Shown: one piece after another, positions 63,793 to 64,000 of the stretch
Position numbering within the stretch: position 1 is the stretch's first letter
How the letters are laid out: every line of letters starts with the position of its first letter
Assembly: GCA_038087875.1 (NCBI GenBank)
Contig: JAXLNO010000546.1
Coordinates: 62,001-126,000 of the forward strand
Direction of reading: 5' to 3'
DNA length: 64,000 nucleotides
DNA from: Malacoraja senta
Lineage: Eukaryota
Notes under the pieces: generated by a model
The model's input: the letters and a program-made list of their open reading frames with translations, nothing else
Database searches by the model: none
Told to the model about the DNA's origin: nothing
Position numbers and translations under genes: made by a program

Positions 63793-64000
63793 AGAAAATC
63801 CTCAAGGGCGAAGGAGACCAGCCGGAAGCGGTAGTGCATGTCGGCACAAACGATATCGGAAAGAAGTGGATGCATATTCTGCAGCGTGACTTTAGAGAGC
63901 TCGGAAAAATGCTGAAAAGCAGGACCTCCAGGGTTGTTATCTCCGGGTTGCTTCCATTTCCTCCAAAACACACGGATAGACTATTTTCTAGTGGATACAA
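63793..64000 (+). mobile_element. CR1 ORF1 (SGNH esterase-like) fragment running to the window edge
   Basis: GEGDQPEAVVHVGTNDIG...LKSRTSRVVISGLLP, homologous to 9464-9676. Confidence 0.85.

Overview
Repeat-dense vertebrate genomic DNA; the repeat spectrum suggests a cartilaginous fish such as a skate or ray (inference). No prokaryotic genes, RNA genes or CRISPR arrays are supported. Most of the window is nested transposable elements: many CR1 LINE fragments, L2 and Rex1/Babar LINEs, four non-autonomous Helitrons (one nested in the 5' end of another), a TIR element with a 5-bp TSD, two deleted Ty3/Gypsy copies and a non-coding SINE-like family. There are also two DIRS (tyrosine-recombinase) retrotransposon families. 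One DIRS copy is structurally complete (56357-61482: ITRs, ICR, gag-RT, RNase H, adenine methyltransferase, recombinase) and sits inside an older DIRS. The backbone is a set of local segmental duplications (1-10039 vs 42377-49076; 31563-32446; 5660-15845 vs 38165-41345; 51655-55110 vs 55111-63790). These provide empty sites that fix many insertion boundaries. The only convincing host-gene signal is a plus-strand first exon (CACCC/CCAAT/TATA/Inr promoter, Kozak ATG at 16001, signal peptide, phase-1 GTAAGT donor); I cannot identify the gene. Boundaries given without a TSD or empty site are approximate.
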